Shown here in pieces: positions 27,871 through 60,732 of a stretch of 64,000 nt of DNA. A program made the position numbers and the translations under genes. The notes under the pieces were generated by a model. That model was not told the origin of the DNA. It did no database searches and saw only the letters and a program-made list of their open reading frames with translations. Every line of letters starts with the position of its first letter. Positions within the stretch are counted from its first letter, which is position 1. The DNA comes from the human T2T-CHM13v2.0 reference genome, Homo sapiens. The stretch lies in NCBI RefSeq assembly GCF_009914755.1, contig NC_060941.1. One strand, written 5' to 3'.

Positions 27871-28414
27871 GATCTGTGAGTGTGCAGGCTGTGTTTCACA
27901 TATCATTAAACATAGTCTAATGAGTGTTCTGCAGATAGCTGACATTTAAGTTTGTTTTATTGAATCAAGGAAAAGAAAAAATGCTGAGAAAAAATGACAC
28001 AACTTCCCTGCCACCCATCTGAGTGTTACAAATTTAATAGTAATTTTAATTTATCTTCTCATGTAAAGGTCCTTGGCAGTGATACCTAATTTCCTAAGAT
28101 AGCCTTGCTTTATTTCGTATACTTAAGATGTCATGCATATCAGAGTATCTGGAAATTCTTCCCAATGCCCTTGACATATGTGATTAATCACATTCCCAAA
28201 ATAACATACCAAAACAAACAACAGAAAATTATTTGTTACTTAATTCCTTCAAATTTGTTTATTTAACTTGGGGTTCCTTCATGCACGAAACATTTCATGT
28301 GTGTGTGGCACTCTTCTGGTCACAGATTTCATCTTAAATAACCTAAGTATTGAAATGCTTGTGCCCTTTGATTAATTTTTACTACATAAATACTTTGATT
28401 AAAAGCTACATTGA

Positions 28415-35790
<7,376 letters not shown>

Positions 35791-36145
35791 AACTGTTTGA
35801 ACCCAAGAGTTTGAAATCAGCCTGGGCATCATGGTGAAACCCTCTCTGTCCAAAAAACACAAAAATGAGTTGGGTGTGGTGGCACACGCCTGTGCTCCCA
35901 GCTACTCAGGAGACTGAGGTGGGAGGATAGCTGGAGCCCGCAGGTCAAGGCTGCAGTGAGTTGTGATCATGCCACTGCACACCAGCGTAGGTGACAGAGT
36001 GAGCCCCTGTCTTAGACAAAAATGAATCAAACCAAATATAAAGTTTATGCACTACACACTTGATTTCTTTCCAAAGGGTTTTACAACACTATACTTTCAC
36101 CAGCAATATATGCAACTACTCATTTCCTACATAGTCACTATCACT

Positions 36146-36688
36146 TGTGTGCAGTCAAGGAACTTAGTAGGCTTGAATTGTCCAAATCCTGCACACTCCA
36201 AAGAAAGGTTTGACTCTAGCCCAGCTCCTGGGAAATAGCCTTTAAGTCCTTGGACTCTCCTGCCTATCTGGGAGTTAACAAGGTGATTTATTGTGGGGAC
36301 CTTGGACCATGCAGTGTCAGCTTGACCTTGGGAAGGGGGAGACAGAGAAACTAAGGTCATCCAAATGGGTACTCTTGTCCATGTGACCAACCTCCAGTAA
36401 AACCCTCAACCCCAAGGTTCAGGTAAGCTTCTCATCTGGGAGTATTTTCTGTACTTTCTGCCACATATCACTGGGTGAATTAAGCACTGTCCACATGATG
36501 CCACTGGGAGAGGACAACTGGAAGCTTGTGCTTTGTCTCTCCTGGACTCTGCCCTATGCACCTTTTTCTGCTGCTGATTTTAATCTGTATCCTTTTGTTG
36601 TAATAAACTATAACTATGAGTATAATAGCTTGACTCAGTTTTGTGAGTTCTTCTAATCAATCACTAAACTTTTGGGACCCCAAAACAC
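36146..36688 (+). mobile_element. Solo LTR, MER77/MER68-like
   Basis: TG...CA ends, ggagaggacaactggaagcttg, gctgattttaatctgtatcct, AATAAA. Confidence 0.6.
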
Positions 36689-36878
36689 AACGTTGTTGCT
36701 TCTTTAATTGAATTCTCCATGTTATGTAAGAAACCTATGTGCATAATTGAAAATCCCACTCTAAGAAAGAGATTTCCATGCAGTCTACTCCCCCACCATT
36801 TCTCCAATGCTCCCAAGTCTACTTTCTGAATAATCAAATGTTTCAATTTTCTAAATTTAGATTATAAACTATTTATAA

Positions 36879-44300
<7,422 letters not shown>

Positions 44301-44591
44301 ATATAGGGAGGCATGTGTGCGATTGGAACTTTGTGTGTCCCCCTGAGAGAAAAAACCCTTTAGGGAGTTAGGGCGGGTCCTTGGTAAAACTCCTTTAAAT
44401 AGAGAACAGCCTGAAAAATCAGGCTGCAGGCACAGAGAAGGAAAACTAGCACAGGGGGTTGTCCTAAAGACATTCCTCAGCTGCATTGATAAGGGACCGA
44501 GGCCCAACATAGAAATGCCTTTGTCCTTTGTGTGACCAGCGGGCTTCCAGGAAATAGTCACTTTTTTTGTGGGCATGTATACGGTGGGCTC

Positions 44592-44903
44592 TGTTAAATT
44601 TTGAAGGGAAGGTGAAGGTTAAAGAAAGAGAGAGAGTTGGCGGCTCTATGGAGGGGACCAACTAAATGCCAGAGCCCACTGCCGCTTACAGGCTGGAGCA
44701 GGAGGGGTCTGGGCAGTATGGCTTGTTGCCTGGGAGAATGTTGATAAGGATGTTTCTTGGGCCTTTCCCCAGCAGGATGTGATAAGGAAGTCAGGCGGTT
44801 GGGTAGGATGTTTCTCTCAGCCCAAACCCCAGTGGAATGTTTCCCTCTGACCAGGGTCTGTGAAATGGTGGGGGCTTACAAAACGGTGCAGCTTGGACTA
44901 GCA
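44592..44903 (-). mobile_element. LTR3 (HML-6) solo LTR nested in LTR25, shortened
   Basis: Reverse complement starts TGCTAGTCCAAGCTGCACCGTTTTGTAAGCCCCC and ends CCCTTCAAAATTTAACA. 5-bp TSD GGCTC at 44587-44591 and 44904-44908. Confidence 0.8.
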
Positions 44904-44968
44904 GGCTCTGGCGGCCACTTTCCTTTTCTGGACATGCTTTGGACTGTGAGCCGAGCCTCTATGAATCA

Positions 44969-45140
44969 TCACTTCAGCCCCTGATTGGTCCTGGGCCAAA
45001 CTTTCACTTTAGCCCCTGATTGGTCCTGGACCAAATATTCACTTCAGCCCGTGATTGGTCCTAGGCCAAACTTTCACTTCAGCCCCTGATTGGTCCTAGG
45101 CCAAAATTTCACTTCAGCCTCCGATTGGTCCCAGGCTAAG
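44969..45140 (+). repeat. Five 35-bp tandem units, each with an inverted CCAAT box
   Basis: ATTGG at 44984, 45019, 45054, 45089 and 45124. Confidence 0.9.
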
Positions 45141-45672
45141 GTCCCAGGGCCAAACGAAGTAGTGCTTTCTCCAAGACAGCCCACAGACCAGTGAGCACAT
45201 TCCTCCCCTGCCCAGTTCACAAAACCCCCAGATTCAGCCTCCTAGTTGGCAAACCTCTTTTGGGTCCCCTCTCCGCTGGGGAGAGCTTTCTTCTTTTGCT
45301 TATTAAACTTCCGTTCCAATCTCATCCTTTGTGTCCACGTTCCTTAATATTCTTGGCTGTGAGAGAAAGAAGGCAAAGACAAGAGCCTTTATCCTAACAA
45401 CTCAATTGCTGGAGAGAAGATTCGTGCATATTCTATGTGGCATCACACGCCATAGCCCTGGGATTGAAAGCCATGCAGTTTATCGGATGGTGTCAATCTC
45501 AGTCCAAATATGTAATAAGATCTTTCACTTTGCTGTATTTTAGGGGTAGGAATGAGATTGGGGGTTTGATCAATAGTTTGTACCCATAGGACCAGGGATT
45601 TGCCCAGTCATCTGTGAGTAAATGCTTAGGCCAGTTTCCATGTCTGTATTGAATTAAATACTCATACGGTTC

Positions 45673-46810
<1,138 letters not shown>

Positions 46811-47200
46811 GGTTCACATTGGGGGTCCTCAACCTCAAATCCATCAACTCCATCGCTGAATTTTTATTTATGTATTTATTTTTATTTATGAGGTAGGGTC
46901 TCACTCTGTCTCCCAGACTGGAGTACAGTGGTACAATCTCAGCTCATTGCAGCCTTCATCTCCTGTGCTCAAGTGATCCTTCTACTCAGCCTTCCAAATA
47001 AGCTGAAACCAGAGGCACACACTAGCACTCTTGCATAATTAAAAATAATTTTCAGTAGAGAAGAAGACTCACTGTGTTGTCTGGGCTGGTCTTGAACTCC
47101 TGACTTCAAGCAATCCTCCCCCTCTGCCTCCAAAGTGCTATGATTACAGGCATGAGCTGCCTCACCTATCACTGATTTTCTCTTTCTTTCTTTCTTTCTT

Positions 47201-47282
<82 letters not shown>

Positions 47283-47991
47283 TTTCTTTTTTTTTTGACA
47301 GAGTCTCACTCTGCCTTGCCAAGGTTGAACTGCAGTGGTGTGATCTCGGCTCACTGCAGCCTCCGCCTCCCGGGTTCAAGTGATTCTTCTGTCTCAGCCT
47401 GCTGAGTAGCTGGGATTACAGGTGCCCGCCACCACACCCGACCAAGTTTTGTATTTTTAGTAGAGACAGGGTTTCACTATATTGGCCAGGCTGGTCACGA
47501 ACTCCTGATCTCAGGTGATCCACCTGCTTCAGCCTCCAAAAGTGCAGTGGCAGGATCAGGGCATACGGCAGTCTTGACCTCTGGGGCTGAAGGGATCCTC
47601 CCTCCTCAGCCTCCCAAGTAGCTGGATTATAGGCATATGGCACCATGCCGGGCTAATATTTGTAATGTTTGCACAGATGGGGTTTTGCCATGTTGCCCAG
47701 TCTGGTCTTGAACTCCTGAGATTCAACAATCTTCCCACATGAGCCTCCCAAAGTGCTGGAATTACAGGGAAGAGTCACTGCACCCGGCCTGTCACTGCAT
47801 TTTTAAAGGGAAGGAGGACTATAGTGAGATTCACTAAGGCTTACAAAAAAGGTAGAAACCTAGATAGATTAAAAGACAGAGATTATAATATCCTTGAGAT
47901 GATAATATTCAAATTTAGCTTTCATAGATAGGGAAATTTGAAGTACATCAGACTATAAGGTGGCATTTTGTGCAACTAATTAAAACTATGT

Positions 47992-48100
47992 TGTAACTAA
48001 CCTGCACAATGTGCACATGTACCCTAAAACTTAAAGTATAATAAAAAACAAAAACAAAAACAAAAAAAACAAAAAAAAAACAAAAAAAAAACAAAAAAAA
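47992..48100 (+). mobile_element. Tiny 5'-truncated young L1 (about 50 bp plus an A(n)C tail)
   Basis: tgtaactaacctgcacaatgtgcacatgtaccctaaaacttaaagtataat is the L1HS/L1PA2 terminus. Confidence 0.9.
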
Positions 48101-48921
48101 GAAAGAGAGCAATTGCATTTTCATTACTGAGTAATATTAAGCAACAATGAAAATAAATAGAAATAACCAAGAAATTGTTATATTTAAATCCTCCCTCCTT
48201 TATTGGAAAGAGAAGTATTGATATTTTTAGATTCTAATCAAAACTTCGCTTTTAAAAAAATTGATGATTCTATGGAGATAGGGAGGGAATAACCTATGTT
48301 TATTGAACACCTAATATTCCACTTACCCGAATGTCATTTATTCTATATTCTAGTTTTTTTGTTGAGACAGGGTCTTGCTCTGTTACCCAGCCTAGAGTGC
48401 AGTGGGGTGGTCACAGCTCACAGATATATACCACCATGCCTGGCTTATTATTTTATTTTATTTTATTTTATTTTTTGTTATTTTTGCAGAGACGGTGTCT
48501 CCCTATATTTCCCAGGCTTGACTTGAACTTCTGGGCTCAAGTGATCCTCCTGCCTTGGCATCCCAAAGTCCTGGGATTATAGGCATAAACCACTGTGCTC
48601 AACCAATATTATAGTGTTAATAGTAGAAGTGTCTTAGTGTACTGGAAAACTTTTTCTAAATTTTGAAAAAATATTAAAAAACACGTTGGTTTTATTTGGC
48701 CAATACTGATTTCTTTGCTCCATCATTATTTATTGGCATTATTAGCCTGTTGACTTTCAATTTCCTTACATCCCTTTCACTCCATTTCTTTTATTTTGTA
48801 CCCCAAATAGAAATTCTTTTTTTTTTTAGATGGATTCTCGCTCTTGGCTCTTGTGACCCAGGCTGGAGTGCAGTGGTGCAGTCTCAGCTCACTGTAATCT
48901 TCACCTTCCAGGTTCAGGTGA

Positions 48922-49139
<218 letters not shown>

Positions 49140-49770
49140 TGAGCCACCACACCCGACTAATTTTTATATTTGTAGTAGAGACAGGGTTTTGCCATGTTGG
49201 CCAGGCTGGTCTGGAACTCCTGATCTCAAGTCATCCGCCTGCCTCGGCCTCCCAAAGTGCTGGGATTACAGGCATGAGCCACTGTGCCCGGCATTTTAGT
49301 ATTTTTATATTTATTTATATTTTGATAGACAGTCTCGCTCTGTTGCCCAGGCTGGAGTGCAGTGGCACAGTCTCGGCTCAGTGCAACCTCCGCCTCCCAG
49401 GCTGAAGTGATTCTCCTGCCTCTGCCTCCTGAGTAGCTGGTATTACAGGCACCTGCCACCACGCCTGGTTACCTTTTGTATTTTAATTAGAGACAAGGTT
49501 TCACCATGTTGGCCAGGCTGGTCTTGAACTCCTGACCTCACGTGATCTGCCCACCTTGGCCTCCCAAAGTGGCCTTGCTTGAGGCCAGGAGTTTGAGACC
49601 AGCCTGGCCAACATGGTGAAACCTGCTCTCTACCAAAAATACAAAAGAAAATTAGCTGGGTATGGTGGTGTGTGCCTGTATTCCAAGCTACTTTGATGGC
49701 TGAGTCATAAAAAATCACTTGAACCCAGGAGGCAGAGGTTGCAGTGAGCTGTGATCACCTCACTGCACTA

Positions 49771-50199
<429 letters not shown>

Positions 50200-51155
50200 T
50201 TACTTGAGGATGTATAAAGCTTTAAAAGACAGGGTCCCTATTCTTAAGTTATAAATAAAGCAGCATTTGTAAGGTAATATTCAGAAAACATCAGATAATA
50301 TCCTATAAAGTCCTCCTGTTCATGCTGATGACATTGTATGGCCAGTTAAGGATGACACTTCATTCTGTCCCCTGCAACCACGGTCCTGACATGTCTAAAT
50401 GACACTGGCCCTATGAGAACACTGTGGATGTGAAAGCATTTCCTCAAGTTATCTTTTTGGCCTGCTGGTTTTAATCTAATGATGGGATATCCAAAGTGAA
50501 TCTAAAGGAGTGACATGATTGTGCATCTGTTGGGGGGAATCAGAGACAGCTAGAGCAAAGGCAGACACGTGCTGAACTCATCTGTCTTAAGAGCTGAAGC
50601 AAGCAGCAGTATTGCTAGCAGAGCTACTGCACATCTGCACATGTGCTCCAATGGCTCTGATCTGTTTTTTTCCCAGTATGAACCTAATACATGAGGCAAG
50701 TTAGAAAATCGGAGTTGGCCAGGCATGATGGCTCACGCCTGTAATCCTGGTACTTTGGGAGCCAGCGTGGGTGGCTCACTTGAGGCCACAATTTTGAGAC
50801 CAGCCTCAGCAACACAGTGAAACCCCGTCTCTACTAAAAATACAAAAATTAGCTGGGTGTGGTGGCAGGCACCTGTAATCCCAGCTATGGGAGGCTGAGG
50901 TTGCAGTGAGCCAAGATCAGGCCACTGCACTTCAGCCTGGGTGACAGAGCAAGACTGTCTCAAGAAAAAAAAGGGAAAGGAAAGGAAAGAAAATCACAGC
51001 TTGTTAACCTCTTGCAGCTAAACACATATGCACAAAAATTATTCAGTAAAAGCAAAACAGTTTTGGTGTATCTTGAGATTTTGTTTTATATCCAAAGGAA
51101 GACTATATCTTTTATCTTTGAACTACTCTTTGGAAAATGCCTTCTATATAACAAA

Positions 51156-51654
<499 letters not shown>

Positions 51655-51701
51655 TGATCTGCCCTACTCAGCCTCCCAAAGTTCTGGGATTACAGGCATG
51701 A

Positions 51702-51905
<204 letters not shown>

Positions 51906-52143
51906 TGATATGTATTTTTGTAGAGATAGGGTTTTGCCATGTTGCCCAGGTTGATCTTGAACTTCTGAGCTCAAGCAATTCACCTGCCTTGGCCTCCCAA
52001 AGTGCTGTGATTACAGGTGTGGGTTACCACACCCAGCCAATGTACATTTAATTATCAAAGTACTATCTATACTATTTTATGGAAGTACTAATTATCAAAG
52101 TGCAATAGAGGTTTTGTTGTTGTTGTTGTTGTTTTTCTTTTGA

Positions 52144-52302
<159 letters not shown>

Positions 52303-52482
52303 TAGTAGAGACTAAAATGGTCTCTCCATGTTGGTCAGGCTGGTCTCGAACTCCTGATCTCAGGCGATCCATCCGCCTTGGCCTCCCAAAGTGCTGGGTT
52401 TACAAGTGTGAGCCACTGTGCCTGGCCAATAGAGGTTTTTCAACTTTTTGTAGATATTTTTGAAAGATCCTGTCTTCCTTTA

Positions 52483-52860
<378 letters not shown>

Positions 52861-53013
52861 TTATTAAGCTTTTGTTGTAAATAGTAACTTGCATATCAGA
52901 TGTTTACTGTAATATTCTTGAAGCTTTGCCAGGCCTGCAGCTTGCTGTGTGCTTTTCAACTCTATTTCATTTATTTGGGAAATAATATATCAATGTACTT
53001 TATTCATTCCCAG

Positions 53014-53094
53014 CTCTAACCATGGAATACTGGGAATGTCCCATTCTATGAAGGAGGTTTGCCGGCCACAACAGGAATATTCATGAACATGGAG
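53014..53094 (+). CDS. ATG exon of the ZNF850-like KRAB gene fragment (CDS 53083-53094, MNME)
   Basis: Acceptor ttcattcccag at 53013, ATG AAC ATG GAG then GT at 53095 (weak donor gtcctt). MNME matches the recalled ZNF850 N-terminus. Confidence 0.65.
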
Positions 53095-53224
53095 GTCCTT
53101 TGTTGAAGTTACACTAATTTTTTTACTCTTCCCCATTCTGAGCCTAGCCGGTCTGCTCACTATATTCGCTCCATCCTTCAGCACCCTTCCATCTCTTGCT
53201 TCATCTTAAAAACCTTTCCTTTAA

Positions 53225-53419
<195 letters not shown>

Positions 53420-53627
53420 TGAGTGTAGCTTTCACTTGTCTGGGTGACTTTTCACCTGCTGCTTAGGGAATTGTTTTGTGTTTTGTAGATTAATATATGG
53501 GCAGCTCTTTGGGTTCCCTTCATCTTCTCCATGCTTCAGACCTTTACACCTTCCTCTAGTCCTTCATGAGTACTAAGGGACTAACTTTGAATTCAGGAAC
53601 AGCACGAGTATGTCTTACTTCTTTTCT

Positions 53628-54070
<443 letters not shown>

Positions 54071-54906
54071 TAAGGACTGAGCAGATGAGGAAGGCACTGC
54101 TGTTTAGAACCCAGCCCATCAGGGAGGCAGCACTGTAAAGGTATTGGTTGAGGAATCTCTTCTGCAAGGTCCCATGTAAGAGTTGTGGCCTAAGACACAT
54201 GGAGAAAAGTCAAGATACCCCCGTCACACACACACATTTTTTTAATTTTTTTTAATTTGAGAGAGAGTCTTGCTCAGTCACCCAGGCTGGAGAACAGTGA
54301 TGCGATCTCGGCTCACTGCAACCTCCGCCCCCGGGTTGAAGCGATTCTCCTGCCTCAGCCTCTAAAGGAACTGGCATTATAGGCGCCTGCCACCATGCCC
54401 AGCTAATTTATGTATTTTTAGTAGAGACAGCATTTCACCATGTTGGCTAGGCTGGCCTCGAACTCCTGACCTCAGGTGATCCACCTGCCTTGGCCTCCAA
54501 AAGTGCTGGTATTACAGGTGTGAGCCACTGTGTCTGGCCAAGAACCCCCTTTTACCTCCACCTCTTCAGTCTGTGCTACCCTCTTGTCATCGTTTCTTTC
54601 CATTTCAAAGAATAACATTCCCTTCTTCAGAAGCCATCCTGTTTCCTCTATCTTGGAGCTACTTCTTTCACTTTAAAAATTAAACCTGTGTTGCTGCCTT
54701 AAAAACAAATCTTTTAAAATATATTTATTTTTCATACTGATCCTTGACTTTTTTTGCCTTGTCTTTTCTTGGCTAGTTTTCCTTTAATGCAGCCATTTCA
54801 TGCATGAATGGATATTCATTCACTATTTTTTTTTTTTTTTTGGATACAGAGTCTCACTCTGTAGCCCGAGCTGGAGTGCAGTGGCGCGATCTCGTCTCAC
54901 TGCAAG

Positions 54907-55975
<1,069 letters not shown>

Positions 55976-56277
55976 ATAAAAGAAATAGACAAAGCAAACC
56001 TTAATGCATGAACTCAAACAAATGCTTTCACTGCCAGGCTCCATCTTTGCAAATCTGAACCTAGAACAATGTGCACGTTTCTAACTAGCAATTCTGGAGG
56101 ACAGATCAGGGAGGCAGTGTGAGCTTGCTTTTCTGCAATTTAATTGACTGGTCAGTAAAGTCAGTGTTTGCAGGCATTTTCAATGTTCTGTAGTGGGCTT
56201 CAGTTCCTATGGCAGTGTGGCAGGCCAGGTTTCCAATAGCAACCAGAAGAGTTTCTACTAACCATTTTCTATAATTT

Positions 56278-56720
56278 TGATGAATGCATAAGTTAACGTT
56301 AAAGAAATGGAGAAACTGGTGCCTGAGTATCAGGGATGGAATGTGAAAACAAACCTATTGAAACCCCGCCTGGGTTTTCTCAGACCCTAAAGTCTGATCG
56401 AATAATGATAGCATTGGTACACATTCACTTCGGCCTGTCTTAAGATTCAGAAACTTTCCCAGATGCTAGAGAAATCTTTCCAGACTCTAGACCCAAGTTA
56501 AAGATTAGATGTTGATTGAATGAAACACTCCTGCTTGTAGGTGCAATCCCACATGGAGCTTAAGATGTATATAAGCACTAGAAAAAAAAACTTGTAACTT
56601 TGAGTTGATCTGGTGAGTTACCTGGCGCTTCTCCCTGTAAATGGCTGCAGAAATAAACTTCCTTCTTTCCCAGTCTGTCTGTGTCTTGTTATTGAGCAAT
56701 TGCGGTGGACCTGCCCAGCA
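56278..56720 (+). mobile_element. LTR15-like ERV1 solo LTR
   Basis: aaagaaatggagaaactggtgcctgagt, cttgtaactttgagttgatctggtgagttac, TATATAA and AATAAA. Confidence 0.7.
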
Positions 56721-57854
56721 AAGTCCTCTTTTGTGTGGTTATCTGGGACTCCTTTTGGAGGGAACATTTTAAACTTTCCATTTCAGAGCATTCTGTTGGC
56801 ACTCTTACACTGTTTTTCTCTGCCTACCCTGGGACCTGAGTTCTCCTGGACGTGAATCTCCAGCCACAGAGCCTAGAAGCCCATTCCTCCACATTCTGTG
56901 ACTGTTCCCCAAACACAGGGAGAATTTGCAGAAAATAAGCCCAAAAATCTTGCCATTCTTTGCAATAAAACCCCACATTACAAACTGTGGAAAACAGGAT
57001 TTTAGCCTGAATAGGTTTTTCCTCTATTTGAAACCCTTTACAATTTTGGAGGGAAGTTTCCAAATCAATCAGTAAGTACCCCCCACCCCAGGTTTATCCT
57101 TATGTAAAGTGCCCCCTTTGCACATGCAAGATTGAATAAACCTTGAAAATATTATGCTAAGTGAAAGAAGCCAGTCACAAAGGACCACATGTTATGTAAT
57201 TCCATTTAAATAAAATGTCCAAAATAGACCAATACATAGAAACAGAAAGTAGATTTGTGGTGGCCCAGGGTTAGGGGAGTTGTGGGGAAATGGAGGGATA
57301 TGGGGTTTACTTCAGGGTAATGAAAATGATCTAAAATTTATTGTGGTGATGTTTGCATAACAGTGCAAATATACTGAAAACCTTTGAATTTTACACTTTA
57401 AATCAGTGGCTTCTGTGGTATGTTATCAATATTTCTCAATAAAACTTCAAAAAAAAAATAGTGCCTATGTGTCTTTTTATGTATTATTCCTCCAGAGTCC
57501 AGTCCATAGTTTTTACATTTGATGAAGAAATTAAGATTTTGTTTTGTCTTCTTCTTCTTCTTCTTTTTTTTTTTTTTTGAGACAGAATCTCCCTCTGTTG
57601 CCCAGACTGGAGTGCATTGGCACAATCTTGGCTCAGTGCAACCTCCAGGTTAATTTTTGTATTTTTAGTAGAGACAGTGTTTCACCATGGTGGCTAGACT
57701 GGTCTCAAACTTCTGACCTCAAGTGAGTCCCCCACCTTGGTTTCCAAAATTGCTGGGATTACAGGCGTGAGCCACCATGCCCAGCCCAAGATTTAGTTTC
57801 CGTTGTTTTGATGCCCTAGGGCCATCTTATTCTACCTTAATTTCTGACGCATCA

Positions 57855-58028
<174 letters not shown>

Positions 58029-58540
58029 CTACAAAAAAAATTTTAATTAGGTGGGCATATTTGTGCATTCCTGTGGTCTCAGATTACTACGTAGGCTGAG
58101 GAGGGAGGATCACTTGAGCCCAGGAGGTTGAGGCTACAGTGGCCATGATTATACCACTGCACTCCAGCCTGGGTGACAGAGCGATACCCTGTCTTAAAAA
58201 AAAATTAATTGGAATTTTTTTTAGAAAACAAAGTATACACTTAGTGACTTGATACAAATGAATGAATTTGATAATCTACAGAAAATAAAACAAATAAATA
58301 AATAAAAACCCAAAGCCATTCTTCTTATGTGAATCTCTGGTGTCTCTGAATTATAAGAATTGTGAATTATGATTAATAACAAATATGCATGACAAGGACT
58401 CAGTAAGGGATAGGTGTTGATAAACTGCAATGCACACTTACTGGAGTGAGGCCTTTAAAGATGTACAAGAAAAAGAAAGAAAAGGCATTGAAAAATTGCA
58501 TTGCCTACCAAAACGCTAAAGTTTACCTAAGTCCATTAAT

Positions 58541-58577
<37 letters not shown>

Positions 58578-58989
58578 ATAGGTGTGTAAAATGGTCAACA
58601 CAGTCTCCTATGAATGTATCCTTTTATTAATAGGTCTGTGGGGGTAAGAGATGAGGTTCTATAGATCCTGGAATCAGGGATGGGGAATCTGTGGGGTCCC
58701 TGGGTTGAGAGATGAGGGTCTGTAGATTACTGATGGGTGGTCTTTGGGATAGTGATGAGGTCCATGGAATCAATTCTTGTGAGTATGTAGGGTCAGTGAT
58801 GAGGGAATCTGGTGTCAGTGATGGGATGTGTGTGGAATCAATCTTTGAAAGCCAGATTTGTGGTGTCATCTCTCAGGCTGACACATCCTGATCTGTGTGT
58901 CAGTGGTGGAAATTCTATGGGGTCAGAGTGTGACTGTCAGGTCCCTGACACTGTGTGTTCTGGGTCTGGCCAAGTGCACGGATTCCCTT

Positions 58990-59695
58990 GCCTGGTCCTG
59001 GCTGGAGAGGCCCTTCTCAAGGACTCCTCACATGAAAGGTGGGTTGGTGGTGGGTTTTGTTTTTGCTTTTGTTTTGTGGTGGAGGTGGGGGTGGGTTGGC
59101 TTTTTCTTTAGGGTTTAGTTTTGTCTCCTAGAGACCACAGACACATGCAACTTTTAGGAAGAAATTTTTGTCTGGGTGGTCGCTAGGTCCTTTGGGCCAA
59201 GCCATCTAATGGGAGTAAAGCTGACCATTCCCTCAGCGCGGTTCAGATCTAGACTGTCATTTTGAGGTGTCCTCAAGGTGGCGTGCAAGTGGGTTGTGGC
59301 TTTGAGTGGCAGGTGTGTGGGAAGAAACAACTAAGAAGACCCAGGAGCGCTCCTAGCCTGGATCTGTCACAGCTGGAAGAACAGCCTCCCTGACCCATCA
59401 GGCGCCAATGGGAGGTACCTCTGGGCTTTGAGAGGCTGGTGGAGGTGGGACCTCCAGACCTAGAGATTCTGGGCACAGAAGCCTGTTACTGCCAGACCCT
59501 GAGGCGTTGCCATGGGATCCAAGGGTGTTTCAGGTCAGATCAGAGCCTTTCTCAGATAATTATTTCGGTAACTTGTCCAGCGCACGCTGCTATGAAGGCT
59601 TAATGTGCCGTCTCCCGCAGTCTTCTTTGGTCTGAGAGCCACTTGTTTCTTACATCCCTGTGCTAATCTCACCATCTGCTCCTACATACCCCAGG
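58990..59695 (-). promoter_or_regulatory. Decayed paralog of the ZNF-type promoter and first exon, copy B
   Basis: Same layout as copy A. Donor changed to CAG|GCAAGG at 58991, GC box changed to GGAGGTGGGAC. Confidence 0.5.
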
Positions 59696-60540
59696 CATTT
59701 GCCACATGCTGGTCCTCTCTTTCCTGACAGGCGGGACGTCTCTCCAGCTTCTGTGAGGACAATTCAAATTATGGAGGAGGGGGCTGATGCAGGGCAGCAT
59801 GCTGAGGGGAGTACCGGGCAGTTGGAGGAGCAGGGGCTCATTTTTCTTTGTAGCTCAGATTCCTAAGCCTGTGACTTTGAGTATCAGTGTCTTCCTTGCA
59901 AAGTTTCAATCTGAGGTTCTTGGGGAGAGTGCAGAATTGGAACCCGATGGAAGCCTGGTGGGGAGAGGGGTGGATGGTGGGAACATGGAGAATGTGTCAG
60001 GTTGTGTCTATTCCTGACACCTTACTTTGTCTGTTGGAGTTTCCCAGTCTGTTCCAAATGCACTCTCTCGACCCTGAAGGGACCTGAGGGGGGATGTTGG
60101 TCACCAGTGTGTGCTCCCCTGGACTCGATTGGAATTGGTCCCACAAAGTGTTATTTATTTATTTATTTATTTGGAGGGAGTCTCGCTCTGTCACCCAGGC
60201 TGCAGTGCAGTGGGGCAATCTCAGCTCACTGCAACCTCTGATTCCCAGGTTCAAGTGATTCTCCTGCTTCAGCCTCCCTAGTAGCTGGGACTACAGGTGT
60301 CCGCCACCACACCTTGCTAATTTTTTTATTTTTAGTAGAGACAGGGTTTCACAATGTTGGTCAGGCTGGTCTCGAACTCCTGACCAGGTGATCGACCCAC
60401 CTTGGCCTCTCAAAGTGCTGGGATTACAGGCGGGAGCCATCACACTCCGCCAGTCCCACAAAGTTAGGCATTATAGTACATTGCTACTTTTGAATCACTT
60501 ATTTTTTACTTGTGTTTTTCCCCCTCCTTTTATTGATTGA

Positions 60541-60732
<192 letters not shown>

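Larger units (their letters stand above)
44344..45370 (+). mobile_element. ERV1 solo LTR, LTR25/MER61 family
   Basis: TGAGAGA start, gttagggcgggtccttgg, cagcctgaaaaatcaggctgcaggcacag, and 3' gagagctttcttcttttgcttattaaac. Confidence 0.7.

Noticed and set aside
27254-27949. Longest ORF in the track (231 aa)
   Set aside because: It crosses the satellite microsatellite block, has low complexity, and has no counterpart ORF in sibling monomers.
44969-45140. 35-bp periodic repeat as a CRISPR array
   Set aside because: No unique spacers, eukaryotic LTR context, and no cas genes.
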